This document shows, piece by piece, positions 55,402 through 64,000 of a stretch of DNA of 64,000 nt. Both the position numbers and the translations under genes were made by a program. The notes under the pieces are model-generated. The model ran no database searches and was not told the origin of the DNA. It worked only from the letters and a program-made list of their open reading frames with translations. The first letter of the stretch is position 1. Each line of letters opens with the position of its first letter. The DNA comes from Dinoroseobacter sp. (GTDB lineage: Bacteria; Pseudomonadota; Alphaproteobacteria; Rhodobacterales; Rhodobacteraceae), in assembly GCA_034111085.1 (NCBI GenBank), contig JAWUXZ010000034.1, forward strand, positions 108,169 through 172,168, in the 5' to 3' direction.

Positions 55402-57798
55402 ATGAAATTCACCTTCTCATGGCTCAAAGATCACCTTGAGACGACGGCCACCTTAGACGAGATCGTCTATGCCCTGACCGACCTCGGGCTTGAGGTCGAG
55501 GGCATCGAGGATCGCGGTGCCAAGCTGCGCGACTTCACCATCGGCAAGGTCGTCAAGGCCGAGCAGCACCCAGACGCCGACCGTCTGCGCGTCTGTCAGG
55601 TCGAAACCGACGAGGGTCTCAAGCAGATCATCTGCGGTGCGCCGAATGCACGCGAGGGCATCACAGTCGTGGTCGCCAAGCCCGGTGTCTATGTGCCCGG
55701 TATCGATACCACTATTGGCGTCGGCAAAATTCGCGGGATCGAGAGCTTCGGCATGATGGCGTCCGAGCGCGAGATGGAGCTGTCCGAAGAACATGACGGC
55801 ATTATCGAGCTGAGTTCTGGCGAGGTTGGCGACAGCTTCGTCGATTGGCTTGCCGCTAACGATCCCGCCAAGGTCGATCCGGTGATCGAGATCGCGATCA
55901 CTCCGAACCGTCCGGACGCACTTGGTGTGCGCGGTGTCGCTCGTGATCTGGCCGCGCGCGGTCTTGGCACGCTTAAGGTGCGCGATATCGATCCGGTGCC
56001 CGGCACATTTGCTTGCCCGATCACAGTCTCGATTGACGAAGACACGCTTCATGCCTGCCCGGTCTTCTATGGCCGCGTCATCAAGGGCGTCAAAAACGGG
56101 CCCTCGCCTGCATGGCTGCAAGATGCGTTGCGCGCCATTGGACTGCGCCCGATCAGCTTTCTGGTCGATGTAACCAACTTCTTCACCTACGATCGCAACC
56201 GCCCGCTGCACGTGTTCGACGCCGATAAAGTCGCCGGAGGGGCTTTGCGCATCCACCGTGCGAAGGGCGGCGAGACGATCATGGGGCTGGACGACAAAGA
56301 ATACACGTTCCAGGCGGATCAAACGGTCATCTCAGACGCGAACGGCCCTGAATCCATCGGTGGCGTTATGGGCGGGTTGGGCACGGGCTGCACCGAAGAC
56401 ACCACAAACGTGTTTGTCGAGGCCGCCTATTTCGACCGCATTCGCACCGCCTATACGGGTCGCGCGCTCAAGATCAATTCCGATGCGCGCTACCGGTTTG
56501 AGCGCGGCATCGACCCTGCTTGGACCCCGACTGGGCTAGAGCACGCCACGCGCATGATCCTCGATATTGCCGGGGGCGAAGCGTCCGAGGTTGTTGTTGC
56601 AGGGGCGATTCCAGACACCAGCCGCGCCTATAAGCTGGAAACCGACCGCGTCGTGTCCCTCGTCGGTATGGATATCCCTGCTGCAACCCAGCGCGGGTCT
56701 TTGGAAGCGCTCGGGTTCACGCTGAACGGCGATATGGCGAGCGTCCCTAGCTGGCGTCCTGACGTGCTGGGCGAGGCTGATCTGGTCGAGGAAGTCGCGC
56801 GCATTGCCTCGCTAACCAAGCTCAAAGGCGTGCCAATGAAGCGCCTTGCGGGCGTGCCAAAGCCCGTGCTGACCCCGATGCAGAAGCGCGAGATTGCTGG
56901 GCGTCGCACCATGGCCGCACTCGGTTACAACGAATGCGTTACCTACAGCTTCATTGATCAAAAAGCCGCCAGCCTGTTTGATGGTGGGACCGAGGCCACA
57001 GCACTTGAAAACCCGATCTCGGCGGACCTGTCGCATATGCGCCCGGCGCTGCTGCCCGGTCTGCTGCAAGCGGCCGCGCGCAATCAGGCACGCGGGTTCA
57101 TGGATTTGGCGCTGTTCGAGCTCGGCGCGGCCTTCACGGGCGGCGAGCCGGGCGAACAGCATGTTCTAGCCAGCGGCATTCTTGTCGGCAAAACCTTGTC
57201 TAAGGACGTGCATGGTGAGTCTCGTGGCGTCGATGTCTATGACGCCAAAGCCGACGCCGAAGCCGTGCTGGCGGCAATGGGCGCGCCTGCGAAGGTGCAA
57301 ATTCTGCGCGGTGTGCCCAATTGGTGGCATCCGGGGCGGTCCGGCAAAATCTGTCTCGGGCCGAAGAAAGTCCTCGGCGTATTTGGCGAAATTCACCCCA
57401 AAGTGCTGGCTGCGATGGACGTCAAAGGTCCGGCAGTGGGCTTCACGCTTTGGCCCGCAGAAATTCCGTTTCCGAAATCAACCTCCTCCACCCGCGCTGC
57501 CCTGATCTTGCGCGATCTGCAAGCGGTCGAGCGTGACTTTGCCTTTGTCGTGGATGCACAAGTCGAAGCCCTGACACTGGTGAACGCCGCCGCCGGGGCC
57601 GACAAAGCGCTGATCGAAGAGGTCCGCGTGTTTGATGAATTTGTTGGCGACAGCTTGGGTGAGGGCAAGAAAAGCCTCGCGATCACTGTGCGGATGCAGC
57701 CCGCCGACAAGACCCTGACCGAGGCCGAGATTGAAGCCGTGGGTGCCAAGATCATCGAGAAGGTTAGCAAGGCCACAGGCGGCATTCTGCGCGGCTAA
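55402..57798 (+). CDS. pheT: Phenylalanine--tRNA ligase beta subunit
   Basis: MKFTFSWLKDHL, HPDADRL, TPNRPD, SDARYRFERG, RDFAFVV, KSLAI. Confidence 0.98.
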   Translation: MKFTFSWLKDHLETTATLDEIVYALTDLGLEVEGIEDRGAKLRDFTIGKVVKAEQHPDADRLRVCQVETDEGLKQIICGAPNAREGITVVVAKPGVYVPGIDTTIGVGKIRGIESFGMMASEREMELSEEHDGIIELSSGEVGDSFVDWLAANDPAKVDPVIEIAITPNRPDALGVRGVARDLAARGLGTLKVRDIDPVPGTFACPITVSIDEDTLHACPVFYGRVIKGVKNGPSPAWLQDALRAIGLRPISFLVDVTNFFTYDRNRPLHVFDADKVAGGALRIHRAKGGETIMGLDDKEYTFQADQTVISDANGPESIGGVMGGLGTGCTEDTTNVFVEAAYFDRIRTAYTGRALKINSDARYRFERGIDPAWTPTGLEHATRMILDIAGGEASEVVVAGAIPDTSRAYKLETDRVVSLVGMDIPAATQRGSLEALGFTLNGDMASVPSWRPDVLGEADLVEEVARIASLTKLKGVPMKRLAGVPKPVLTPMQKREIAGRRTMAALGYNECVTYSFIDQKAASLFDGGTEATALENPISADLSHMRPALLPGLLQAAARNQARGFMDLALFELGAAFTGGEPGEQHVLASGILVGKTLSKDVHGESRGVDVYDAKADAEAVLAAMGAPAKVQILRGVPNWWHPGRSGKICLGPKKVLGVFGEIHPKVLAAMDVKGPAVGFTLWPAEIPFPKSTSSTRAALILRDLQAVERDFAFVVDAQVEALTLVNAAAGADKALIEEVRVFDEFVGDSLGEGKKSLAITVRMQPADKTLTEAEIEAVGAKIIEKVSKATGGILRG

Positions 57799-57846
57799 CA
57801 CACAAATTCAAACCAGCCCGCCGACCATTTGAATGGGAGATATAAT

Positions 57847-58296
57847 ATGACGCTAAAAGTCTATCTATCCGGCGAGATCCATACCGATTGGCGCGAGCAG
57901 ATCATCGACGGCTGCAAGGGCCTCGATGTGGAATTCTCTAGCCCTGTCGTGATCCACGAGAACTCCGATGATTGCGGTGTGGCGATCCTTGGGTCCGAGG
58001 ACAACAAGTACTGGCACGACCACAAAGGCGCGATGGTCAATGCGATCCGCACCCGCAAGGGCATTCAGGATGCAGATGTTGTGGTGGTGCGGTTTGGCGA
58101 GAAATACCGCCAGTGGAATGCGGCGTTCGATGCTGGGTTTGCTGCCGCCTTGGGCAAAAGCCTGATCGTGGTGCAGATGCCCGAGCATCAACATGCCTTA
58201 AAAGAAGTGGATGCGGCAGCCCTCGCCGTGACCGAAGACCCGGCCAAGGTTGCCGACATCCTGCGCTACGTTCTGACCAGCGCATTGCCGAGCTAG
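57847..58296 (+). CDS. YtoQ family protein
   Basis: VYLSGEIHTDWRE, RFGEKYRQWNAAFDAG, HALKEVDAAA. Confidence 0.92.
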   Translation: MTLKVYLSGEIHTDWREQIIDGCKGLDVEFSSPVVIHENSDDCGVAILGSEDNKYWHDHKGAMVNAIRTRKGIQDADVVVVRFGEKYRQWNAAFDAGFAAALGKSLIVVQMPEHQHALKEVDAAALAVTEDPAKVADILRYVLTSALPS

Positions 58297-58303
58297 GCGA
58301 AGA

Positions 58304-58333
58304 GACCGCCCACCCCTCACAAGGCAGGCGGTC
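58304..58333 (-). terminator. Hairpin ending the GST transcript
   Basis: Minus strand GACCGCCUGCC-loop-GGUGGGCGGUC pairs fully with G-U. Confidence 0.5.
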
Positions 58334-58339
58334 CCTAAA

Positions 58340-59041
58340 TCAACCCTCGCGCGGCGGAATGTTGCGCGCGGCTTGCACGGCGGGGCGGGCCATAAAGCGG
58401 GCATCATAGGCCACGACGTAGGGGAAATCTTCCCAACCCAGCAGGTCCTTGGTGCCGTAGAAGTCCAGCGCGCCAAGCCACGGCCCAATCGCCATATCGG
58501 CAATCGAATAGTCGCCCACGATCCAGTCTTTGCCCTCAAGTGCTGTATTCAAAACGCCAAGCAAGCGCTTGCTCTCGTCGATATAGCGTTGCTGGGGGCG
58601 CTTATCGTCCCACTGGCTGCCCGCGAATTTCGAGAAAAACCCAAGCTGGCCGAACATCGGACCAAGCCCACCCATCTGCCACATCAACCACTGGATGATA
58701 TGGGCCTTCTCGGTGGCATTCGTTCCAATAAACTTACCCGTCTTCTCGGCTAGATAAATCAGTATCGCGCCGGACTCGAACAGCGTGACAGGGGTGCCGT
58801 CGGGGCCATTCGGATCAATGATCGCAGGGATCTTGTTATTGGGGTTCAGCGACAGAAATTCAGGGCTTTTCACATCAGCGTCCGACAAGGTCACGCGGTG
58901 GGCGGTGTAAGCAAGACCCATCTCCTCCAGCGCCAGCGACGCTTTGATGCCGTTTGGCGTTGGGAAGGAATACAGCTGGATCACATCGGGGTTTGTGGCA
59001 GGCCATTTGGCGGTGATCGGGAAGTGGTCGAGGGTGCTCAT
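58340..59041 (-). CDS. Glutathione S-transferase (Nu class, YfcG/YghU-like)
   Basis: TPNG.K, NPNNKIPAI.D, FESGAIL, QWLMWQMGGLGPMFGQ. Confidence 0.93.
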   Translation of the reverse strand: MSTLDHFPITAKWPATNPDVIQLYSFPTPNGIKASLALEEMGLAYTAHRVTLSDADVKSPEFLSLNPNNKIPAIIDPNGPDGTPVTLFESGAILIYLAEKTGKFIGTNATEKAHIIQWLMWQMGGLGPMFGQLGFFSKFAGSQWDDKRPQQRYIDESKRLLGVLNTALEGKDWIVGDYSIADMAIGPWLGALDFYGTKDLLGWEDFPYVVAYDARFMARPAVQAARNIPPREG

Positions 59042-59180
59042 GTGTTTCTCCTTTACGAACCTGCGTCCTACTTAGGGGGAACTGGGTCGGAAATAACCCG
59101 TGCCTAAGTGCTGAAATCTGTTAGCGAGTGTGCGCCGATGCAGAGAAATATGCGGCAGAGTGACAAAAGGGGAGAATTTC

Positions 59181-59606
59181 ATGCTCAAAGAATTTCAGAC
59201 ATTCATCGCCAAAGGCAATGTAATGGACATGGCCGTCGGTATCATCATCGGTGCGGCCTTTACTGCAATCGTCAAATCCATGGTCGATGACCTTCTAAAC
59301 CCAATTATCGGGGCCATTTTCGGCGGAGCAGACTTCGCCAACTATTTCATCGTACTCGGCGAGGGCGAGTATGCGTCGCTTGAAGCTGCGCGCGAAGCCG
59401 GAGCGGCTGCGTTTGCCTATGGCGCGTTCCTGACAGCCGTTATCAACTTCCTTATTATCGCCTTTGTTGTCTTCTTGATGGTCAAGAACGTGAACCGCAT
59501 CAAAGTGTCGATGGCCAAAGAGGAAGCCCCAGCGCCCGTCGTCGATCCCGGTCCGTCCGAGAAGGACATCCTGATCGATATTCGCAATGCGCTCGCACAG
59601 CGCTAA
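59181..59606 (+). CDS. mscL: Large-conductance mechanosensitive channel
   Basis: [37 protein letters not shown]. Confidence 0.96.
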   Translation: MLKEFQTFIAKGNVMDMAVGIIIGAAFTAIVKSMVDDLLNPIIGAIFGGADFANYFIVLGEGEYASLEAAREAGAAAFAYGAFLTAVINFLIIAFVVFLMVKNVNRIKVSMAKEEAPAPVVDPGPSEKDILIDIRNALAQR

Positions 59607-59675
59607 TTGCTTCCTAGACCTCGCGCTGACCAAGGTCCCGGACCGCGCGAGGTTCTCATGTTGATAGGAAAGATT

Positions 59676-60143
59676 ATGTCTCAGTTAGATATAGACCAAA
59701 CGGACCGCGCAATCCTGACACGTCTGCAACGTCAGGGCCGTCTTACCAATGCCGAGCTTGCCGACGCGGTGAACTTATCCCAATCTGCATGCCATCGTCG
59801 TGTCGCGCGCCTTGAGGCATCAGGCATCATCTCGGGCTATGTGGCGCTGCTGGATGCGCGCAAGATGGGCCGCAAGACGACTGTGTTTGTCGAGATTACG
59901 CTGAACGGCCAAGCCGACGAGGTGTTAACCGCGTTTGAGCTGGCCGTAGCTCGCGTGCCAGAAGTGCTCGAATGTCATCTGATGGCAGGCAGTGCGGATT
60001 ACTTGCTTAAAGTCGTGGCCGATGACGCCGAAGACTTCGCGCGTCTGCACCGCAAGCATCTCGCCGGGTTGCCGGGGATCGCCAAGCTGCAATCAAGCTT
60101 TTCGCTCAAAACCGTCGTCAGTACGACAGCGCTTCCGGTCTAG
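59676..60143 (+). CDS. Lrp/AsnC family transcriptional regulator (probable AldR-type)
   Basis: D.AIL..LQ..GR..NAELA..V.LS.SAC.RRV..LE, ECHLMAG.ADY.LKV; next to ald. Confidence 0.92.
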   Translation: MSQLDIDQTDRAILTRLQRQGRLTNAELADAVNLSQSACHRRVARLEASGIISGYVALLDARKMGRKTTVFVEITLNGQADEVLTAFELAVARVPEVLECHLMAGSADYLLKVVADDAEDFARLHRKHLAGLPGIAKLQSSFSLKTVVSTTALPV

Positions 60144-60301
60144 CTGAGCTGAAACGCTAGGATCAGGATCGCGATTGCGCCGATCCAGCTTGGAGGGGCC
60201 AGTGCGCGCCATCCGATCAGGACCGAGGTGTGGTCTAGTCGCTCGCGAAAACTCAGCGGGGCAGATGGCTTTCGCAACCTCCCCCGCCTGATCTCGCCCA
60301 A
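60140..60301 (-). CDS. Candidate small membrane protein (up to 53 aa; start uncertain)
   Basis: Open frame filling the ald-Lrp gap: (M)GEIRRGRLRKPSAPLSFRERLDHTSVLIGWRALAPPSWIGAIAILILAFQLS*. Confidence 0.4.
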   Translation of the reverse strand: MGEIRRGRLRKPSAPLSFRERLDHTSVLIGWRALAPPSWIGAIAILILAFQLS

Positions 60302-61420
60302 TTAGCCGCGCAGCACCAGCGTCGGTGCGACCACATCAATCCCAAGCGCTTTGCCGACCGCATAATAGGTCAACTGTCCCGCATGAACGTTAAGCCCCGC
60401 CAACAAATGCGGATCGTCTGTGCAAGCCTGCCGCCAGCCCTTGTTCGCAAGCGCCAGCATGAACGGCATCGTCGCATTGCCAAGCGCGATGGTGGCGGTG
60501 CGTGCAACGGCGCCCGGCATGTTGGCAACGCAGTAGTGCATGATCCCGTCTACGTCATAGACCGGGTCATGGTGCGTAGTGGCGCGCGAGGTCTCAAAGC
60601 AACCGCCTTGGTCAATTGCCACATCCACAAGTGCTGCACCCGGCTTCAATTCGGCCAGTTGCGCGCGGCTGATCAGTTTCGGGGCCGCAGCACCGGGGAT
60701 CAGGACCGCACCGATGATCATGTCGGCGGATCTGGCCAACTCCATCGTGTTGCCAGCGCTTGCATAGCTGGTCTTGAACTGACCGCCGAATACATCGTCG
60801 AGATAGCGCATACGCGTCAGCGACCGATCCAGAACCGTCACATCCGCGCCCATGCCCGCAGCAACCTTAGCTGCATTCGTGCCCACAACGCCGCCGCCGA
60901 TGACGACAACCCGCGCAGGACCAACGCCGGGTACGCCGCCCATCAAGACACCGCGTCCGCCATTGGCTTTCTGAAGCGTCCAGGCACCAACTTGCGGGGC
61001 AAGCCGTCCGGCGACCTCAGACATCGGGGCCAGCAGAGGCAGACCGCCACTGGCATCCGTAACCGTCTCATAGGCAATCGCGGTGCAGCCTGAGGCCAGA
61101 AGATCGTGGGTCTGCTCAGGGTCGGGTGCGAGGTGCAGGTAGGTGAACAGCACTTGGCCTTCACGCAGCATCTTCCGCTCGCCCGCCTGAGGCTCTTTGA
61201 CCTTCACGATCATATCGGCATTGGCGAAAATCTCAGCGGCGGTGTCGATGATTTGGGCACCAGCGGCCTCATAATCCGTGTTCTCGAACCCAGCGCCGGT
61301 GCCTGCGTCGCGCTGGATCAGCACCACATGGCCGTGCGCCGTCGCTTCGCGCGCAGCATTGGGCGTCATACCGACGCGAAATTCTTGGGGCTTGATCTCT
61401 GTTGGGCAACCGATTTTCAT
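60302..61420 (-). CDS. ald: Alanine dehydrogenase
   Basis: [52 protein letters not shown]. Confidence 0.97.
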   Translation of the reverse strand: MKIGCPTEIKPQEFRVGMTPNAAREATAHGHVVLIQRDAGTGAGFENTDYEAAGAQIIDTAAEIFANADMIVKVKEPQAGERKMLREGQVLFTYLHLAPDPEQTHDLLASGCTAIAYETVTDASGGLPLLAPMSEVAGRLAPQVGAWTLQKANGGRGVLMGGVPGVGPARVVVIGGGVVGTNAAKVAAGMGADVTVLDRSLTRMRYLDDVFGGQFKTSYASAGNTMELARSADMIIGAVLIPGAAAPKLISRAQLAELKPGAALVDVAIDQGGCFETSRATTHHDPVYDVDGIMHYCVANMPGAVARTATIALGNATMPFMLALANKGWRQACTDDPHLLAGLNVHAGQLTYYAVGKALGIDVVAPTLVLRG

Positions 61421-61589
61421 AAATAGGGGCCTCCTCTTGCCCGTGGTGCTGGGGTAAAGGGGGGGCGCTGCGATGTGTTGCCTATTTTGTGCAGTCATGC
61501 AGGAAAGTTTAGAAGAAAATCGCGAAAAACATCAATTTATCGGCAAAAGCTTGCGCGCCGCGCCCCCGGCCGCAAAACAGCCTTGCCAT

Positions 61590-62027
61590 CTAGTCGCGAT
61601 AGTCCCCGTGGCAGGCCTTACAGCTGTCTGCCAATCTGGTCAGCGCCGGGGCAAGATCGGAAGACGCAGAAATCGTCTGGGAAAGATCAAGGGCGAGGGC
61701 TTCGAGCGTATTAGATTTCTCCACGAAGTCCTCGAAATCTGTCCATATCGCGGCCCGAGCTTCCGATTTGGGATCATCCTCAGGGGCCCGGAAAAGCGCA
61801 GGTGTTCGCGCCGCCTGTGCTGCGATCTCGGTGGCCGCCAGACGTGCCGCAGTCGCGTCAAATTCAAGAGTACCGCGCGCCATGGTGCCAATAACCTTAA
61901 CGCTGTCGGCAATGGCTGACATGCTGTTCATACGCGCCATCACAGCTGCATTTTGCACCCCTTGATGCGCCCAAGCCGCCCCGCCAAGCGCAAGAGAGAC
62001 GCCCAATGTCATCTTGATTAGTTTCAT
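61590..62027 (-). CDS. Class II cytochrome c (cytochrome c'/c556)
   Basis: Signal peptide; AR...M; A...IW....DF; C-terminal CKACH..YR. Confidence 0.9.
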   Translation of the reverse strand: MKLIKMTLGVSLALGGAAWAHQGVQNAAVMARMNSMSAIADSVKVIGTMARGTLEFDATAARLAATEIAAQAARTPALFRAPEDDPKSEARAAIWTDFEDFVEKSNTLEALALDLSQTISASSDLAPALTRLADSCKACHGDYRD

Positions 62028-62120
62028 GGTGCATTCTCCAAGGGTCGCAACCCATTTATACGATCGCCGTAGGTGAAATAATGCGGGCTCCAGCAACCGG
62101 AGGGTCAAGAACTTATCGAG

Positions 62121-62915
62121 TTACTCAGTTCTTGACAGCACTGGAAACCAATCTTCGCGCAACCGCTGCCCAGTGACCATCGCGTGGCCGGGGAACGGCG
62201 GCGAGGTTTTGCCGGGCCGCTCGACATATCGCGCATCGTCACCGAGCAGCCGCAGCGAGAATGCCCGCCTGCGCTTGCCCGCCAAATTCCCGCGCGCGCC
62301 GTGCAATGTCTTATAGTGAAACGCCACCGCATCGCCGGGTTGCATCGCCCATTCCAGCACCTTGAACTCGAGCGGGTCTGCGTCGGGGTCAGGCACCGGG
62401 CGGTAAGTGCCATCGTCTGGAAAGAAATTATCGTCATGCAGCCATTTGGTCGGCAGAACGGGCTTTTCCCACAGGTGCGATCCTGCGACGAGACGCAAAG
62501 AAGCCTCCTCCACCGGATCGACGGGCACCCAGAAACTGACCATCTGGGCGCCCTCAACGAAGTAGTAGGGCGCGTCCTGATGCCAAGGGGGCGACTTTGC
62601 GGTGCCGGGTTCTTTGACCAGCACATGATCGTGGAACATCTGCACGGTATCTGACCCCATCAGGTCGCGCGCAGCATCGACGGCATCACTTTCACGGATC
62701 ACCCGCTCAAACTCGGGAATGCGTTGCCAATTGCAATAGTCATCAAAGAATCGCCCCGCCTCACCATCGAGCAGGTTCTCAGCTGCATAAGGCCCCGGCT
62801 CGGCCATGTTGCGATCAATACCCGCGCGGATGTCGTCCACCCAATCGGCAAACAGGCCGGGGATCATCACAGCGCCGTCACGGGCAAGATCGTCAATCTG
62901 GGTTTGGGTTAGCAT
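62121..62915 (-). CDS. Phytanoyl-CoA dioxygenase (PhyH) family Fe(II)/2OG oxygenase
   Basis: PWHQD, GSHLW, PGDAVAFH..TLHGA, RRRAFS. Confidence 0.9.
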   Translation of the reverse strand: MLTQTQIDDLARDGAVMIPGLFADWVDDIRAGIDRNMAEPGPYAAENLLDGEAGRFFDDYCNWQRIPEFERVIRESDAVDAARDLMGSDTVQMFHDHVLVKEPGTAKSPPWHQDAPYYFVEGAQMVSFWVPVDPVEEASLRLVAGSHLWEKPVLPTKWLHDDNFFPDDGTYRPVPDPDADPLEFKVLEWAMQPGDAVAFHYKTLHGARGNLAGKRRRAFSLRLLGDDARYVERPGKTSPPFPGHAMVTGQRLREDWFPVLSRTE

Positions 62916-62965
62916 AGGGGGCTCGCAGGTTGGATGTTTGAGAAATACCCTGTCAGACCACTGCA

Positions 62966-63000
62966 CAAAAACAAACCCCCGCAGCGTCACTACGGGGGTT
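62966..63000 (-). terminator. Rho-independent terminator after rpsU
   Basis: Minus strand AACCCCCGUAG-UGACG-CUGCGGGGGUU-UGUUUUUG. Confidence 0.8.
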
Positions 63001-63031
63001 CAATAATCTCGGGTCGCATAGCGCTGATGAT

Positions 63032-63238
63032 CTAGATCATACCGTCGCGTTCTGGTTGTTTTCGTGGCAGTTTCCGGGCTCTGCGGATCGCTTCAGCGCC
63101 TTGGCGCGCTTTTTTCTCAGACGGTTTCTCGAAATGTTGCTTGAGTCTCATTTCACGAAACACACCCTCGCGCTGAAGTTTCTTCTTCAGAGCGCGTAGC
63201 GCTTGATCGACGTTGTTTTCACGAACACTTACCTGCAT
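63032..63238 (-). CDS. rpsU: 30S ribosomal protein S21
   Basis: [37 protein letters not shown]; GGAAGGTGGTG leader. Confidence 0.95.
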   Translation of the reverse strand: MQVSVRENNVDQALRALKKKLQREGVFREMRLKQHFEKPSEKKARQGAEAIRRARKLPRKQPERDGMI

Positions 63239-63350
63239 GTGGTTGTCACCACCTTCCTAAGTTAGAGTTTGCATGAATTTGCAGGAGGTGGCGCTATAGC
63301 AACCGTGCCTTATGTTGTCCACTACCCTGATTTAGACCCGGAGAGCTGCC

Positions 63351-64000
63351 ATGACCGAGACCCAAAGCACCCATCAAATCAAGGCTTCCCTGCTCAACGC
63401 CATCGTCCCCCATGTGGCGTTTGATGGCTGGTCGCAAAGCGCGTATCAGGCCGCCGTTTCTGAGGCCGGCGTCGAGATGGCGCTGGCCAATGCGATCTGC
63501 CCGCGCGGTGCCACGGACCTCGCGCTCGCGTTCCACAAGCGTGGCGATGCAGCCATGATCGCGCGCCTGCATGCAGAAGATCTTGGGGCTTTGCGGTTTC
63601 GCGACCGCATTGCCGCCGGAGTGCGTTTTCGGCTCGAAGCGGTCGAGGCGGATAAAGAAGCCGTCCGGCGCGGCACCTCGCTGTTCGCGCTACCCCATCT
63701 GGCAGGTGACGGCGCAAAAGCGATCTGGGGGACTGCGGATGCGATCTGGACGGCGCTCGGCGACGCATCCGAGGATTTCAATTGGTATTCTAAGCGCGCG
63801 ACACTGTCTGGGGTCTACGGATCGACTGTGCTGTTCTGGCTGGGTGATGACAGCGAAGATCACGCCGCAACATGGGCCTTCCTCGATCGGCGCGTTGATG
63901 ACGTGATGCAGATCGAGAAGGTCAAAAAGCAGGTTAATGAAAGCCCGGCGCTGAGCAAACTGATGACCGGACCGAACTGGCTGCTGGGCAAGATAAAGGC
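63351..64000 (+). CDS. COQ9 family (rpsU-divergent) protein, truncated by the window end
   Basis: Manual translation MTETQST..HVAFDGWS..CPRGA..IW..ADAIW..LGD.S.D.NWYSKRATL..VY. Confidence 0.9.
   Translation, partial: MTETQSTHQIKASLLNAIVPHVAFDGWSQSAYQAAVSEAGVEMALANAICPRGATDLALAFHKRGDAAMIARLHAEDLGALRFRDRIAAGVRFRLEAVEADKEAVRRGTSLFALPHLAGDGAKAIWGTADAIWTALGDASEDFNWYSKRATLSGVYGSTVLFWLGDDSEDHAATWAFLDRRVDDVMQIEKVKKQVNESPALSKLMTGPNWLLGKIK

Noticed and set aside
1-64000. rRNA, tRNA, CRISPR array, integrase, transposase or prophage genes
   Set aside because: None recognisable; intergenic gaps are short and no repeat-spacer pattern or tRNA-like cloverleaf was seen

Overview
Gene-dense, about 60% GC core-chromosome segment of an alphaproteobacterium, almost certainly Rhodobacteraceae/Roseobacteraceae. 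The assignment rests on the syntenies phaA-phaB-LysR, ispB/ispE, etf-QO/greA, mob/moeA/fdhD, argH-lysA-DUF4175-ftsEX, mcl1, accA, dgcN-dgcA-dat, pyk, rpmI-rplT-pheS-pheT, mscL, ald and rpsU/COQ9. I count about 70 CDSs, mostly housekeeping. I found no rRNA, tRNA, CRISPR array, integrase, transposase or prophage. I see no large, clearly novel multi-gene system. The best leads are small and are missed by the ORF track: (1) a LysR-divergent 40-aa ORF whose 3' UTR folds into an anti-Shine-Dalgarno-loop hairpin followed by a terminator (candidate sRNA module); (2) two tandem tiny lipoproteins between argH and lysA; (3) an RNase-H-like/DUF429-like domain fused to MoeA that keeps an internal AGGAGG start; (4) an orphan secreted di-haem protein next to a CxxC thioredoxin-like gene; (5) a low-GC wHTH+TM ORFan inside pheS-pheT; (6) an RND permease with apparent extra TM helices; (7) an oddly drifted rpsU; (8) phased A/T-tract arrays upstream of both the D-amino-acid operon and ald. 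All product calls come from motif and family recognition by eye; no database search was run.
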